Positions 1 to 9,070 are shown, numbered from the stretch's first letter. The stretch: 46,051 bases of DNA from an uncultured Syntrophomonas sp. (GCA_964422685.1 CAYRCG010000001.1:1-46051); one strand, 5' to 3'. Translations and numbers: made by a program. Notes: generated by a model from the letters alone, not told the origin.

Positions 1-60
1 GAATCGAACCTCCGCTCCCGGCTCCGGAGGCCGGTGCTCTATCCACTGAGCTACGAGCGC
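1..60 (-). tRNA. tRNA-Arg(CCG), 3' end cut off by the window edge
   Basis: Reverse complement reads GCGCTCGTAGCTCAGTGGATAGAGCACCGGC-CTCCGGA-GCCGG...GGTTCGATTC: D arm, anticodon loop with CCG, and TTCGA T-loop. Confidence 0.93.
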
Positions 61-76
61 ATAATATTGCATAGCA

Positions 77-105
77 ATTATAGCAGAATATTGGCAACAG
101 GTCAA
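77..105 (-). promoter_or_regulatory. Sigma-A promoter of tRNA-Arg
   Basis: Minus strand TTGACC-N17-TATAAT with extended -10 TG, just upstream of the tRNA. Confidence 0.8.
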
Positions 106-313
106 AAATAACCTTGTAAGATTGCAAACTTATGAGGCAATAATGCTTTCGCCTTGTTATCGCTATGAAACTCATCTATGATTCTACTCCAAAAACCTAT
201 TCTTGTAGCATAGGGTTGCCTAAATATTGCTTTTTGCAGCGGAACCACCTATTAATTATCGCGGAAAGCGCAGTGACCACCCCGTTGCGAAAGGCACAGT
301 GAAGTGGCATTTG

Positions 314-1726
314 TTAGCCGTTTTCACCGCTTGTGGCGTCCCAGGTCCCGGACGATTCCACTTCGCTAAGGGGCTCGCGTTCCAGGAGAGATAGAAAAAA
401 AGCTAGGATACATATAGTAGCGGCAATCCTATAGACAGAGTGGGCGGCTCCGGCATAGGCAGTGATATGGTCCGCTTTCGCCAAGTTTAGGCTATGGAAG
501 TAGGCAAAAGCACTTACAGAGCTGGCAATGCCTAAAGAAAAGGAGAAGTTTCTGACCGTAGCCATGAATCCCCCTGCATAGCCGGCTTTTTCACGCGGGA
601 TAGAGCCTAGGATGGAGCTGCTATTTGGGGAACCGAAAGAGCCTACCCCTATCCCCATCAAAAGGAGGCCACCTGCAATAGTTAACAGACCACTTTGTTG
701 ATCTAGGGTGGATAAAAGCAGATAAGCGAGACTCATTAATAAGAATGACATAGGGATAATCTTTTTATTACCAATACGGTCGGAGATGCTTCCGGCCAGG
801 GGTGCAGTTATCGCCATGGTAACCGGAGGAATAGTCATGATTAAACCAGAAACTGCCGGGGGATAGTATAGGATGTTTTCCAGGAAGAATGGCATAAGGA
901 AAAAAACTGAAGTTTGAGTAGTGTATGTGGCGAATCCCATAAGATTGCCGTGGGTAAAGCTCTTGATTCTGAATAATGCTAAATCTAAAATAGCTACCGG
1001 CTGCTTCTTTTCGAAAAGGTAGAACGAAAGCATTAGTATAAGACCTAGGGTAAACAGTCTCCATTCGATACCGTGGCTTCCCGAGAAAGCGAACAATAAA
1101 GCTATAGTTGCTAGGGCGAATAACAGTAAGCCAAAGTGGTCATGCTTTGCTCGGTCAAGTAGTTTTTCTTGCCGGGGTAAATATTTCATGCCTAGGTAGA
1201 AGGCTAGTAACCCGATAGGTACATTGATTAAAAAAATCACCGGCCAAGAAAAATTGGCGATTATAACTCCCCCTAGGCTAGGCCCGGTCATGTTGCCTAT
1301 GCCTACTATACTGCCAGTCATGCCTAAAGCTTTACCCCGTTCTTCCTGGGGGAAGATATTAGATACTATTCCAATTCCGGTTGCCATCATCATGCTAGCC
1401 CCTATAGCCTGTACAATACGGGCAGCCACCAAATAAAACAAAGAAGGGGATAGGCTACATAATAAGGAGCCTATGGTAAATATGAGAAAACCATAAGAAT
1501 ATATTTTACTGCTTCCTAGGGTATCCCCTAATTTGCCAAAGAACAGTAAGGAAATAGTAATTACCAACATATAAGTGGTTACTATCCATTGAATTTCCTG
1601 CATACTGACCGAAAGTTCCCGGGCAATAGTCGGATTAGCTATATTTAAAATACTGCCGTCTACCGTTGACATAAAGATGCCGATGCAAATTATTATTAGC
1701 ACCCGCCATTTTTCTTCGAGTTTCAT
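314..1726 (-). CDS. MFS transporter, DHA2 (EmrB/QacA-like) drug:H+ antiporter
   Basis: 470 aa, about 14 hydrophobic segments, N-terminal DGSILNIANP, motif A-like GKLGDTLG, and WPVIFLINVPIG. Confidence 0.88.
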   Translation of the reverse strand: MKLEEKWRVLIIICIGIFMSTVDGSILNIANPTIARELSVSMQEIQWIVTTYMLVITISLLFFGKLGDTLGSSKIYSYGFLIFTIGSLLCSLSPSLFYLVAARIVQAIGASMMMATGIGIVSNIFPQEERGKALGMTGSIVGIGNMTGPSLGGVIIANFSWPVIFLINVPIGLLAFYLGMKYLPRQEKLLDRAKHDHFGLLLFALATIALLFAFSGSHGIEWRLFTLGLILMLSFYLFEKKQPVAILDLALFRIKSFTHGNLMGFATYTTQTSVFFLMPFFLENILYYPPAVSGLIMTIPPVTMAITAPLAGSISDRIGNKKIIPMSFLLMSLAYLLLSTLDQQSGLLTIAGGLLLMGIGVGSFGSPNSSSILGSIPREKAGYAGGFMATVRNFSFSLGIASSVSAFAYFHSLNLAKADHITAYAGAAHSVYRIAATICILAFFLSLLEREPLSEVESSGTWDATSGENG

Positions 1727-1836
1727 CGTTTTCCCCTTAATAACAATATCCGTCAGATTAAGGAATTAACCACAAGAAGTAATACTGGTATATATTGAAC
1801 AATTGCGCTTATTATAACAGTTTATTGCCAAGGAAA

Positions 1837-1863
1837 ACTTATTTAATAGCCTTTGCATAGAAT
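1837..1863 (+). promoter_or_regulatory. Putative sigma-K-type promoter of the holin-like gene
   Basis: AC(1837-38)-N17-CATAGAAT(1856-63) matches AC-N17-CATAnnnT. Confidence 0.45.
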
Positions 1864-1926
1864 GGAGTGGTGGAATAATCTTGCAATACAGGCAAAAGCG
1901 CATCGGGCTTTATTTTCTGAAGGGAG

Positions 1927-2256
1927 ATGGATTATATGACCCTGGCTCAATTAGCGTTGGCGGCAATACTAACAGAAAAGCTTTGGGAAAGTATTAAGTT
2001 GGTTTGGGAGAAAAAAAGGTTAAGTATAGATAGGTTAGGAGCTCTTGCCTTAGGGATTACTATAGCCTTGGGAACTAAAATCGATTTGTTTGCTACGGTG
2101 GGATTGCCTATAACAATTCCTTATCTAGGCTTGATTCTAACCGGGGTGATTATTTCCCGGGGGGCTAATTTCGTGCATGATATATTCAAAATAACTGAAG
2201 AGGTGAAAATAAAAAGGAAAGCGGAAAACGGCAAGTTTAAGGAGTTATTGAAGTGA
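1927..2256 (+). CDS. Small membrane protein resembling clostridial phage holin-like proteins
   Basis: 109 aa, 2-3 TM segments, ..DLF..VG.. and LTG..ISRGANFVHD motifs, basic C-tail. Its 3' end overlaps the convergent spoIIP by 20 nt. Confidence 0.6.
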   Translation: MDYMTLAQLALAAILTEKLWESIKLVWEKKRLSIDRLGALALGITIALGTKIDLFATVGLPITIPYLGLILTGVIISRGANFVHDIFKITEEVKIKRKAENGKFKELLK

Positions 2257-3187
2257 CGATAGCATCGGCAAGACAGCAGACTGCTTTTTGGGCAGCATCC
2301 AGGGAATTGCTATCGGTACCGACTTCAATTAAGAGAGAGGTTGGGTATAGATCTTGATTATAATCCCCTCTACCTAAATAAATACCGCGCATCAGCCCCG
2401 GATGCAATTCATCCGTCGCTGCTTTTATCCTTTTAGCGAAATCAAGATTCGGCTTCAGATTAGGATTAGAGCGTCCTATTACTATCATTACCCGTGCGGT
2501 ATCTATGCCATTGACCGTTGTGGCATAAGAGTTTAGGGGGGCGGAATCACGATGTATATCGAAGGCTGCATCAGGTTTTTCTTTCAACAATTGAGTGGCT
2601 GTTCGTCGGGAACGGTGATAGGCATTAATGTCGTGGGGATCGTGGGTATTAAAACTATGGCTTACACTTATGCCGTCTACTAATAAAGATTTGGCCAAGG
2701 ATGCCCCCACATGGTAGATATCACCGTTACCTGGTTTGTCGGGACGTCCGGAATCGGGCAAATACGATTCATCGCTATGGGTATGGTATATTGCTACATG
2801 GTGGGGCTTCAACAAAGACTGGACTTCTTGGGTGTGGGGGCCTAAGAAAGAAGCTACATCAACCCTGCGCCTGGTAGAATAATACCTTGATTCCTTGACA
2901 TCAATTTTTTTAGCGACTGCATTATTGCCGCTGATACGTATTATGACATAATGCAGGTTATCCTCATTGATATATTCATCTTGTTCGTAAACCGGAATAC
3001 CTGTTTCCAGTACTATATTGCCATCGTTATCCCGAATGGTGATGTAGCTAGCTTTATCGGAATTGTCGTTATCGGGTTGGGGCTTACTTTGGGGAGAGTA
3101 GGTTGTATTAATCACATAGGCACCCACCATTAAGGCAATGAGTATAGAGAAAAAAAGCCAGACATATTTTTTAGTGATAGAATCCAT
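2237..3187 (-). CDS. spoIIP: Stage II sporulation protein P (engulfment amidase/endopeptidase)
   Basis: N-terminal TM, IYHTHSDESY, DIHRD, YNQDL and LLIEVG motifs. Confidence 0.92.
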   Translation of the reverse strand: MDSITKKYVWLFFSILIALMVGAYVINTTYSPQSKPQPDNDNSDKASYITIRDNDGNIVLETGIPVYEQDEYINEDNLHYVIIRISGNNAVAKKIDVKESRYYSTRRRVDVASFLGPHTQEVQSLLKPHHVAIYHTHSDESYLPDSGRPDKPGNGDIYHVGASLAKSLLVDGISVSHSFNTHDPHDINAYHRSRRTATQLLKEKPDAAFDIHRDSAPLNSYATTVNGIDTARVMIVIGRSNPNLKPNLDFAKRIKAATDELHPGLMRGIYLGRGDYNQDLYPTSLLIEVGTDSNSLDAAQKAVCCLADAIVTSITP

Positions 3188-3330
3188 ATAATTGTCTCTC
3201 CACTATTATTAGTATGGATAGCGGAGGTATCCTACTATCCACCGATGCTTGTTGCCCTCTGAGCAAAAGATTCCGTTGCAAGATATATTTGTGCAATCTC
3301 GGTGTATTATTTTTGCAGATGAATCTTATA

Positions 3331-3360
3331 TTATTATGTGGAGAGAACACTATTCTTATG
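3331..3360 (-). promoter_or_regulatory. Putative sigma-E-type promoter upstream of spoIIP
   Basis: Minus strand cATAaga-N15-CATAATAA resembles the sigma-E pattern ATA-N16/18-CATA; imperfect match. Confidence 0.35.
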
Positions 3361-3469
3361 TAAAGATGCTGCTAGATATGCATCATCCTAATGATTAACC
3401 GACATCAAGGATTGAGTAGAACCCATTAATTATCGATAGGCTAAAACCTAAACAATTGCTTATCCAGCT

Positions 3470-4750
3470 TTAATTTGGGTCCCAGCTAGCCAGGTATTTT
3501 TCTTGCTCCTCGTTAAGCCTGTCAATCTGTATGTTTTCTGTTTCCAATTTTAAACGGGCTACTCTTTTGTCGATGCTATCAGGGATACCGTATACTTTGT
3601 TTTCTAATCGCGACCTATTTTCGATGACATATAAAAGGGATAGGGCTTGCAGGGAAAAGCTCAAATCCATAACTTCAGCTGGATGACCGTCACCGGCAGC
3701 AAGATTAACTAAGCGACCTTCTGCTAGCAAATATAATCTGCGGCCATCAGGCAGGATAAATTCTTCAATATTATCCCTTACTTTCCTTTGTCCTACAGCT
3801 AGCGTATTTAAATCATTCTTGTTTATTTCCACATCGAAATGCCCGGCATTTGCCATTATAGCCTTATCCTTCATTACCGCCATATGTTCCCGGCGAATCA
3901 CATTAATGTTGCCGGTTACAGTAATGAAAACATCTCCAAGGGTAGCAGCCGTTGCCATAGGCATCACTTCAAAGCCATCCATAATGGCTTCGTTAGCTTT
4001 TACCGGATCGATTTCCGTTATAATTATACGAGCCCCCATACCCAAAGCCCGCATAGATACACCTTTGCCACACCAGCCGTAACCGGCTACTACTACGTTT
4101 TTACCGGCTACCACCAGGTTGGTGCTACGATTTATTCCATCCCAGACTGATTGCCCAGTGCCGTAGCGATTATCAAAAAGGAATTTCATGTAAGCATCAT
4201 TTACTGCCATCATGGGAAAAGGAAGGACTTCATTCTTTTGCATTGCTTTCAGCCGTATTATTCCAGTTGTAGTTTCCTCACAGCCTCCTATAGTTTTACG
4301 GGCTTGTTCGGGTCTTTGTTTGATAAGAGTGGTAATCATATCTGCCCCATCATCGATTAAAGCATGGGGAGAAAAGTCCAAGGTTAATTCCAGATAGTTT
4401 TGATATTCCTCGGGGCTTTCCCCATGATGGGCAAAAACACTAATGCCAGATTCCACTAGCGCAGCAACTACATCATCCTGGGTGGATAAGGGGTTGCTTG
4501 CACAAGCTATCACAGTGGCCCCTGCTAGCTGCAAGGTTTGCAACAAATATCCGGTCTTAGCCTCGAGATGTAAACAGCAAGCAATTGTTTTCCCCGACAA
4601 AGGTTTATTCTCGATAAATTCTTCTCTCAATCTATTTAGAACAGGCATATGGTTGCTAACCCATTCTAGCTTTTTAAACCCCTCCGGGGCCAAAGAGCGT
4701 TCTTTAATAATATAATGGATACCTGCATCAGTTTTTAGCAGAGCATTCAA
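3470..4750 (-). CDS. ahcY: Adenosylhomocysteinase (SAH hydrolase)
   Basis: [40 protein letters not shown] and GHPAEVMD motifs; AGGAGG RBS before a TTG start. Confidence 0.96.
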   Translation of the reverse strand: MNALLKTDAGIHYIIKERSLAPEGFKKLEWVSNHMPVLNRLREEFIENKPLSGKTIACCLHLEAKTGYLLQTLQLAGATVIACASNPLSTQDDVVAALVESGISVFAHHGESPEEYQNYLELTLDFSPHALIDDGADMITTLIKQRPEQARKTIGGCEETTTGIIRLKAMQKNEVLPFPMMAVNDAYMKFLFDNRYGTGQSVWDGINRSTNLVVAGKNVVVAGYGWCGKGVSMRALGMGARIIITEIDPVKANEAIMDGFEVMPMATAATLGDVFITVTGNINVIRREHMAVMKDKAIMANAGHFDVEINKNDLNTLAVGQRKVRDNIEEFILPDGRRLYLLAEGRLVNLAAGDGHPAEVMDLSFSLQALSLLYVIENRSRLENKVYGIPDSIDKRVARLKLETENIQIDRLNEEQEKYLASWDPN

Positions 4751-4914
4751 TTTAAAACCTCCTAATATAATTAGTGATTAACCGCTAGGCTCTCGGGCAT
4801 CAATCAAATTAAAAAGTGAGATAAGTTGATCCCACTTTTCTTATCACGGCTAAATTTAAAGACAATCATATTATAAGCATAAAAATCGATATTAGGAAGG
4901 ATAAAAGGCGGGGG

Positions 4915-5463
4915 CTACTTCCATTCTTCATACCAATAGAAGTCCTGTTTTTTCGTCCCGTATTCCTGAGCACTTTTTGTATTGTGGTGCTCGCCGTTGC
5001 CCATATAGACATCGAACCAATACGGGTATTCACCCCACAGGGCATAGTTGGCGTCTCCAGTATCCATAACAACTACAGAATGATACTTTATTCCGTTAAT
5101 CTCTAAGGGTGGCGAGGGATATATCAGCGTGCCGAAAGGAATTATCGGTATCCGGTGGTCACATCCCGGATGGCGGGGATGTACGGCAATAGTGCCAATA
5201 AAATAGTGGTGACCACTGGATGGTCTAGGTTCAGAAGTGCTATATCCCCCAGTATAAGCAGTTGTCATTTGCTGTTTGGCGGTAAATTGAATATACCATT
5301 TTTCCTCTGGTAAATCATCTTTTTTACGGATCGGGCTTTGTGGGGTCGGCTTGGGGGATATATTTTTGCTTTTATTTATACTCCCGTAAGCGATAGTTAT
5401 ACTGATTATGATAAGTATCAACAAAGATATAATTACAACCATTTTCTTGCTGTTTTCTAGCAT
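4915..5463 (-). CDS. Membrane-anchored 3D (MltA-like) domain protein
   Basis: N-terminal TM/signal, Pro-rich linker, then TAY...IAVHP...IPFGT...DTG...DVYM...EYG, the 3D-domain pattern. Confidence 0.65.
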   Translation of the reverse strand: MLENSKKMVVIISLLILIIISITIAYGSINKSKNISPKPTPQSPIRKKDDLPEEKWYIQFTAKQQMTTAYTGGYSTSEPRPSSGHHYFIGTIAVHPRHPGCDHRIPIIPFGTLIYPSPPLEINGIKYHSVVVMDTGDANYALWGEYPYWFDVYMGNGEHHNTKSAQEYGTKKQDFYWYEEWK

Positions 5464-5676
5464 AATTTTTATCCCTTTTCTTATTAATCTGCGCCGCTCG
5501 GAGAAAAAATATTAGATTTATATATTTTTCTACAACTCACTATTAATAGTCGTTATAGCAAAGACAAGTATATGCTATAATGGCTGAAACAGTCTCCAAA
5601 GAAATATAGGGTGAAATAGATTAGAACATCGTTAGGATAAAAAGTAAACTACTAATCAGGTAGGGAGCTGTATTAA

Positions 5677-5988
5677 TTGGGCATAGAATTGTTAAAATGC
5701 AATAATTATATATTACTAACATTTTCCACCACTTCCCAGGCCTTAAAAGCAGAAAAACTATTACTATCTAGACAGGCAGATTTTCTGTTGGCTCCTACCT
5801 TGCGGGAAATTTCTGGTAGTTGTGGCTTATCTATAAGGATTGCTTCTTCTAATTTTTGCGAATACTTTGATTACCTGACCGTTAACAAAGTGTTCGTTGC
5901 GGGGACCTATCGGGTAGTAAGGGAAGGAAGGATAAACCGGGTTGAACCGATTATAACTCAGGAAAAGAAAGGAACTGCCGGTGATTAA
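5677..5988 (+). CDS. DUF3343 family protein
   Basis: F.TTSQALKAEKLL ... PTLREISGSCGLSI pattern; GGGAG RBS before TTG. Confidence 0.75.
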   Translation: MGIELLKCNNYILLTFSTTSQALKAEKLLLSRQADFLLAPTLREISGSCGLSIRIASSNFCEYFDYLTVNKVFVAGTYRVVREGRINRVEPIITQEKKGTAGD

Positions 5989-6021
5989 TAGCGAAAGAAC
6001 CGACAATCAAACAATGGAGGG

Positions 6022-6055
6022 AAAAGCGTTTCGTTACTACCGAGACGCTTTTTTT
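6022..6055 (+). terminator. Intrinsic terminator immediately before the dinG RBS
   Basis: AAAAGCGTTTCG-ttactac-CGAGACGCTTTTTTT: stem plus 7-T tract. Confidence 0.7.
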
Positions 6056-6068
6056 CGGGAGGTAAACT

Positions 6069-8126
6069 TTGGTTAAGCCGATCTATTCTTTAGACGAAAT
6101 AGAAAGATACTATGAGGAAGATGGTCCTTTGGGAAAATTGCTTCCGGATTACCGATTTCGAACGGAGCAACTCAACTTAACTAAAGCGATTGGTAGTGCC
6201 TTTACCGAGCAGGAATTTCTGCTCGCTGAAGCTGGGACCGGAGTCGGAAAGACTTTAGCCTACCTATTACCGGCTGTTTTGTGGTCGTTAGAGGAAAAGG
6301 ACAAAGTGGTAATAGCCACCAGGACTAAGGCTTTACAGCAACAGTTAATTGAGCAAGATATTCCGCTTATAAAACGGCTTATTAGAACCGATTTTGCCTG
6401 TGCCGAAGCCAAGGGCCGGGAAAACTTTCTGTGTTGGAATAAATATATTAATATTTTGGCGGGGAAAAAGCGTTTACAGGACGAAGAAATAAAATTCCTC
6501 AGCCATGTTTTGCCCTGGGTGGAAAAGAGCGAAACTGGCGACAAAAAAGAACTACGGCTTGGGGGGGCCTTGATGAAGCATTGGGGGATATTGGCGGCTG
6601 ATCGTAAAAGTTGCCTTAGAGATAGGTGTATTCATCATGAAAAATGCTTCCGCTTAAAAATGATAAAAAGACTCGAAAAAGCTCAAATTATTATTACCAA
6701 TCATGCTCTTCTGTTATCGGATATTCAGGTTGATAACCACCTTTTACCGGAATACCACTACCTGGTAATAGATGAAGCGCATAGCCTGGATAGAGAGGCT
6801 TTCGATAAATTTTCCATGAGGTTTTCTTTCGGGGACAGCTTGGAACATTTAGAATACTTACAAAAAACATACCTTCCTAGAATTGAAGGGCTATTTCCCT
6901 CGGGCAGGGGAGACCTGGAGGAATGTCAGAATCATATCTTAGTGGCAATAAAGCTTCTGCGGGAATATTTCTTTGCCTTGAATCGGGCTCCTAGTAATAG
7001 CAATGAAGCGACATTGGTTATAAAGCCGGATGAACTCGAAAAAACCTGGCTACTTGAGGCACTAGAAATCCATCGGGATTGGCAATATAGTATGAATCTT
7101 CTTCTGCAAAAACTAATAAAAGTGGAAGAAAACATAAGCGGCATCGAAGGTAGCGAAGAACTTTCGCATATAATTATTTCTTTGCAAGAAGAGGCCGATT
7201 ATGCTTTTCAGATCAATGAGGAACATTTTTTCCAAAATGACATGTTGGTTTGGCTCGCTTATGACCAGGGGAAAGTTAGAGAATTATCATCATCACCTAT
7301 TTGCCTGGCCGGTGAACTGCAAAATCGTCTTTACCATAACCTAAAAAGCTTAATACTAGTCTCTGCGACTCTTGCCGTGGAAGGACGCTTTGACTATTTT
7401 CTCAATAAATTCGGATTGGATAATCTGCAGCAGGAAGACCGCCTAAAAACCGTTCAGGAAAAATCACCTTTTGATTACGAAAAACAAGCCGGCTATATTT
7501 TAATTAGCGATATACCCGCCCGTAATGAAGATGATTATTCTGAAAAACTAGCTGAAACACTGAAGCAAATTATTGAAATCACTGGGGGCAGGACTTTAAT
7601 CCTCTTCACCTCCAGGCAACAATTAAGACATGTCGCGAGCCTTATAAGGCCATTCTGCGAGCAATGCCGCATAAGATTGCTGGTACAGAACGAAGACGGG
7701 GGATTCGAGACTTTAAAAGAATTATATACCGCTCTGCCGAGAAGCATTATTATGGGGCTGGATACTTTTTGGGAAGGTATTGATTTAAAAGGGGAGTTGT
7801 TGAAATGCCTGGTTGTCGTTAAATTACCCTTCCGCTCACCTGAGGAGCCCTTTTGCCAAGCCTGGGAAAAGTATTATCAACAATTAAATCAGAGTAGCTT
7901 TAACCATTTTATGCTTCCTGATGCCGTGATTCGCCTGAAACAAGGCGTAGGTCGCCTAATACGGAGTGAAAAAGATAGAGGAGCTGTTATTATACTCGAC
8001 GCAAGACTTAGTAAGAGCAGTTATAGTAGGGTTTTCATAAACAGTCTGCCTTTTAAAAATCCCCGTATTCTGAGCAGTATGCAGTTTGCCCCGGAATTGG
8101 AGAAATGGGTTCGGAACCAAAGGTAA
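6069..8126 (+). CDS. dinG: DinG/YoaA-family SF2 DNA helicase
   Basis: FRTEQ Q motif, EAGTGVGKT, KGRENFLC, DEAH, SATL, FWEGID and QGVGRLIR motifs; four Cys spaced as Fe-S ligands; no N-terminal exonuclease domain. Confidence 0.9.
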   Translation: MVKPIYSLDEIERYYEEDGPLGKLLPDYRFRTEQLNLTKAIGSAFTEQEFLLAEAGTGVGKTLAYLLPAVLWSLEEKDKVVIATRTKALQQQLIEQDIPLIKRLIRTDFACAEAKGRENFLCWNKYINILAGKKRLQDEEIKFLSHVLPWVEKSETGDKKELRLGGALMKHWGILAADRKSCLRDRCIHHEKCFRLKMIKRLEKAQIIITNHALLLSDIQVDNHLLPEYHYLVIDEAHSLDREAFDKFSMRFSFGDSLEHLEYLQKTYLPRIEGLFPSGRGDLEECQNHILVAIKLLREYFFALNRAPSNSNEATLVIKPDELEKTWLLEALEIHRDWQYSMNLLLQKLIKVEENISGIEGSEELSHIIISLQEEADYAFQINEEHFFQNDMLVWLAYDQGKVRELSSSPICLAGELQNRLYHNLKSLILVSATLAVEGRFDYFLNKFGLDNLQQEDRLKTVQEKSPFDYEKQAGYILISDIPARNEDDYSEKLAETLKQIIEITGGRTLILFTSRQQLRHVASLIRPFCEQCRIRLLVQNEDGGFETLKELYTALPRSIIMGLDTFWEGIDLKGELLKCLVVVKLPFRSPEEPFCQAWEKYYQQLNQSSFNHFMLPDAVIRLKQGVGRLIRSEKDRGAVIILDARLSKSSYSRVFINSLPFKNPRILSSMQFAPELEKWVRNQR

Positions 8127-8151
8127 CATTTCGCTTTGTTTTTCATAGAAT
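8126..8151 (+). promoter_or_regulatory. Putative mother-cell (sigma-E/K) promoter of spoVM
   Basis: AC(8126-27)-N16-CATAGAAT(8144-51). Confidence 0.5.
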
Positions 8152-8188
8152 GTAGCGAAACCTATTCTGCAAGCAAGGGGTGATTTAA

Positions 8189-8254
8189 GTGCGGGTTTAT
8201 TATTTTCGAATTCCCGTGTTTCTACGCAATCTATTAAAGAAGGTAATTAAGTAA
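8189..8254 (+). CDS. spoVM: Stage V sporulation protein M homolog (21 aa, MRVYYFRIPVFLRNLLKKVIK)
   Basis: AAGGGGTG RBS, GTG start, Pro9 followed by xFL and an amphipathic basic helix, as in B. subtilis MKFYTIKLPKFL...; promoter upstream and terminator directly downstream. Not in the ORF track. Confidence 0.8.
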   Translation: MRVYYFRIPVFLRNLLKKVIK

Positions 8255-8286
8255 AATAAGGAGTAGCTCGTTCTACTCCTTATTTT
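8253..8286 (+). terminator. Intrinsic terminator after spoVM
   Basis: AAAATAAGGAGTAG-ctcgtt-CTACTCCTTATTTT, a perfect 14-bp inverted repeat. Confidence 0.85.
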
Positions 8287-8389
8287 CGTTTCTCTACCAA
8301 CACTTACTCGGCCTATTAATGCCGTCCCTTGCAGCAAAATTAGTTTAACAAGCCACTTCATCGGGAAGTAACAGCTGGGAGGTGCAAAT

Positions 8390-8464
8390 ATGCCGTCTAT
8401 CAGGTTAATATTGGCATTAGCCTTTATCATCACGGGCTTATTCCTTCTTTTATCCCAGCACTAG
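8390..8464 (+). CDS. Putative 24-aa single-pass membrane peptide (MPSIRLILALAFIITGLFLLLSQH)
   Basis: Strong GGAGGTG RBS 5 nt before ATG; one continuous hydrophobic helix. Not in the ORF track. Confidence 0.5.
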   Translation: MPSIRLILALAFIITGLFLLLSQH

Positions 8465-8495
8465 CTAGTTAACTTTAATTTCCAAGGAAAGGTCC

Positions 8496-8873
8496 TTAAT
8501 TAGAATTTCCATTTAAACCTATACCAAGTATTCCTCCCAAACCGCCTGCTGTTAAACAAAATAGCAAACCGTAAAGTACAGTCTTCAAGGTTATCAGGGA
8601 TGGGTTAAAAACAAGGCTAGCCAAAAGGGTTAGTGTTAAGAAAACTCCCCCGACGCCTAAACCCCGTATTAGACCCTTACTGCCATAATGCTTGCTCACC
8701 TGGCAAGCGGCTAGGAAAATACTCAAAATAAGTATGCCCTTCCCTAGTGCCGGCAGCAACTCCTCGCTCAAAGAGCTGAAGTAGATAACAAAGGCCAAAA
8801 CCAATCCGAGTATCAAAGTCAGGATTACTGCTTTTGTGATAGCTCGTAATTCCACCGTGAGGATTCTTTTCAT
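8496..8873 (-). CDS. TIGR04086/YrzE-like 4-TM membrane protein
   Basis: Four TM segments, SKGLIRGL.VG and C-terminal GGLGGILG; AGGAGGTG RBS. Confidence 0.8.
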   Translation of the reverse strand: MKRILTVELRAITKAVILTLILGLVLAFVIYFSSLSEELLPALGKGILILSIFLAACQVSKHYGSKGLIRGLGVGGVFLTLTLLASLVFNPSLITLKTVLYGLLFCLTAGGLGGILGIGLNGNSN

Positions 8874-8896
8874 AAACCTACACCTCCTATGCTAGC

Positions 8897-8925
8897 AAAT
8901 TATGTAAGTGCCCGCAAAATTATGC
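8897..8925 (-). promoter_or_regulatory. Sigma-E-type promoter of the TIGR04086 gene
   Basis: Minus strand GCATAAT-N14-CATAATTT, close to the sigma-E consensus. Confidence 0.6.
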
Positions 8926-9070
8926 CAGGAAAATTCGTATCTTTTATGCTCTGACTCACTCGGATATTACACTTCTAAATTAGCTACTTGCATTAATAAA
9001 TATAATATGAATATTTACCCGCTATTCTCATAGTGGTGTCCAAGGGGTCAGGTCCCCATAACATAGGAGG

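Noticed and set aside
8200-8433. 77-aa minus-strand ORF from the track
   Set aside because: No RBS; it is antisense to the better-supported spoVM and 24-aa ORFs and crosses a terminator.
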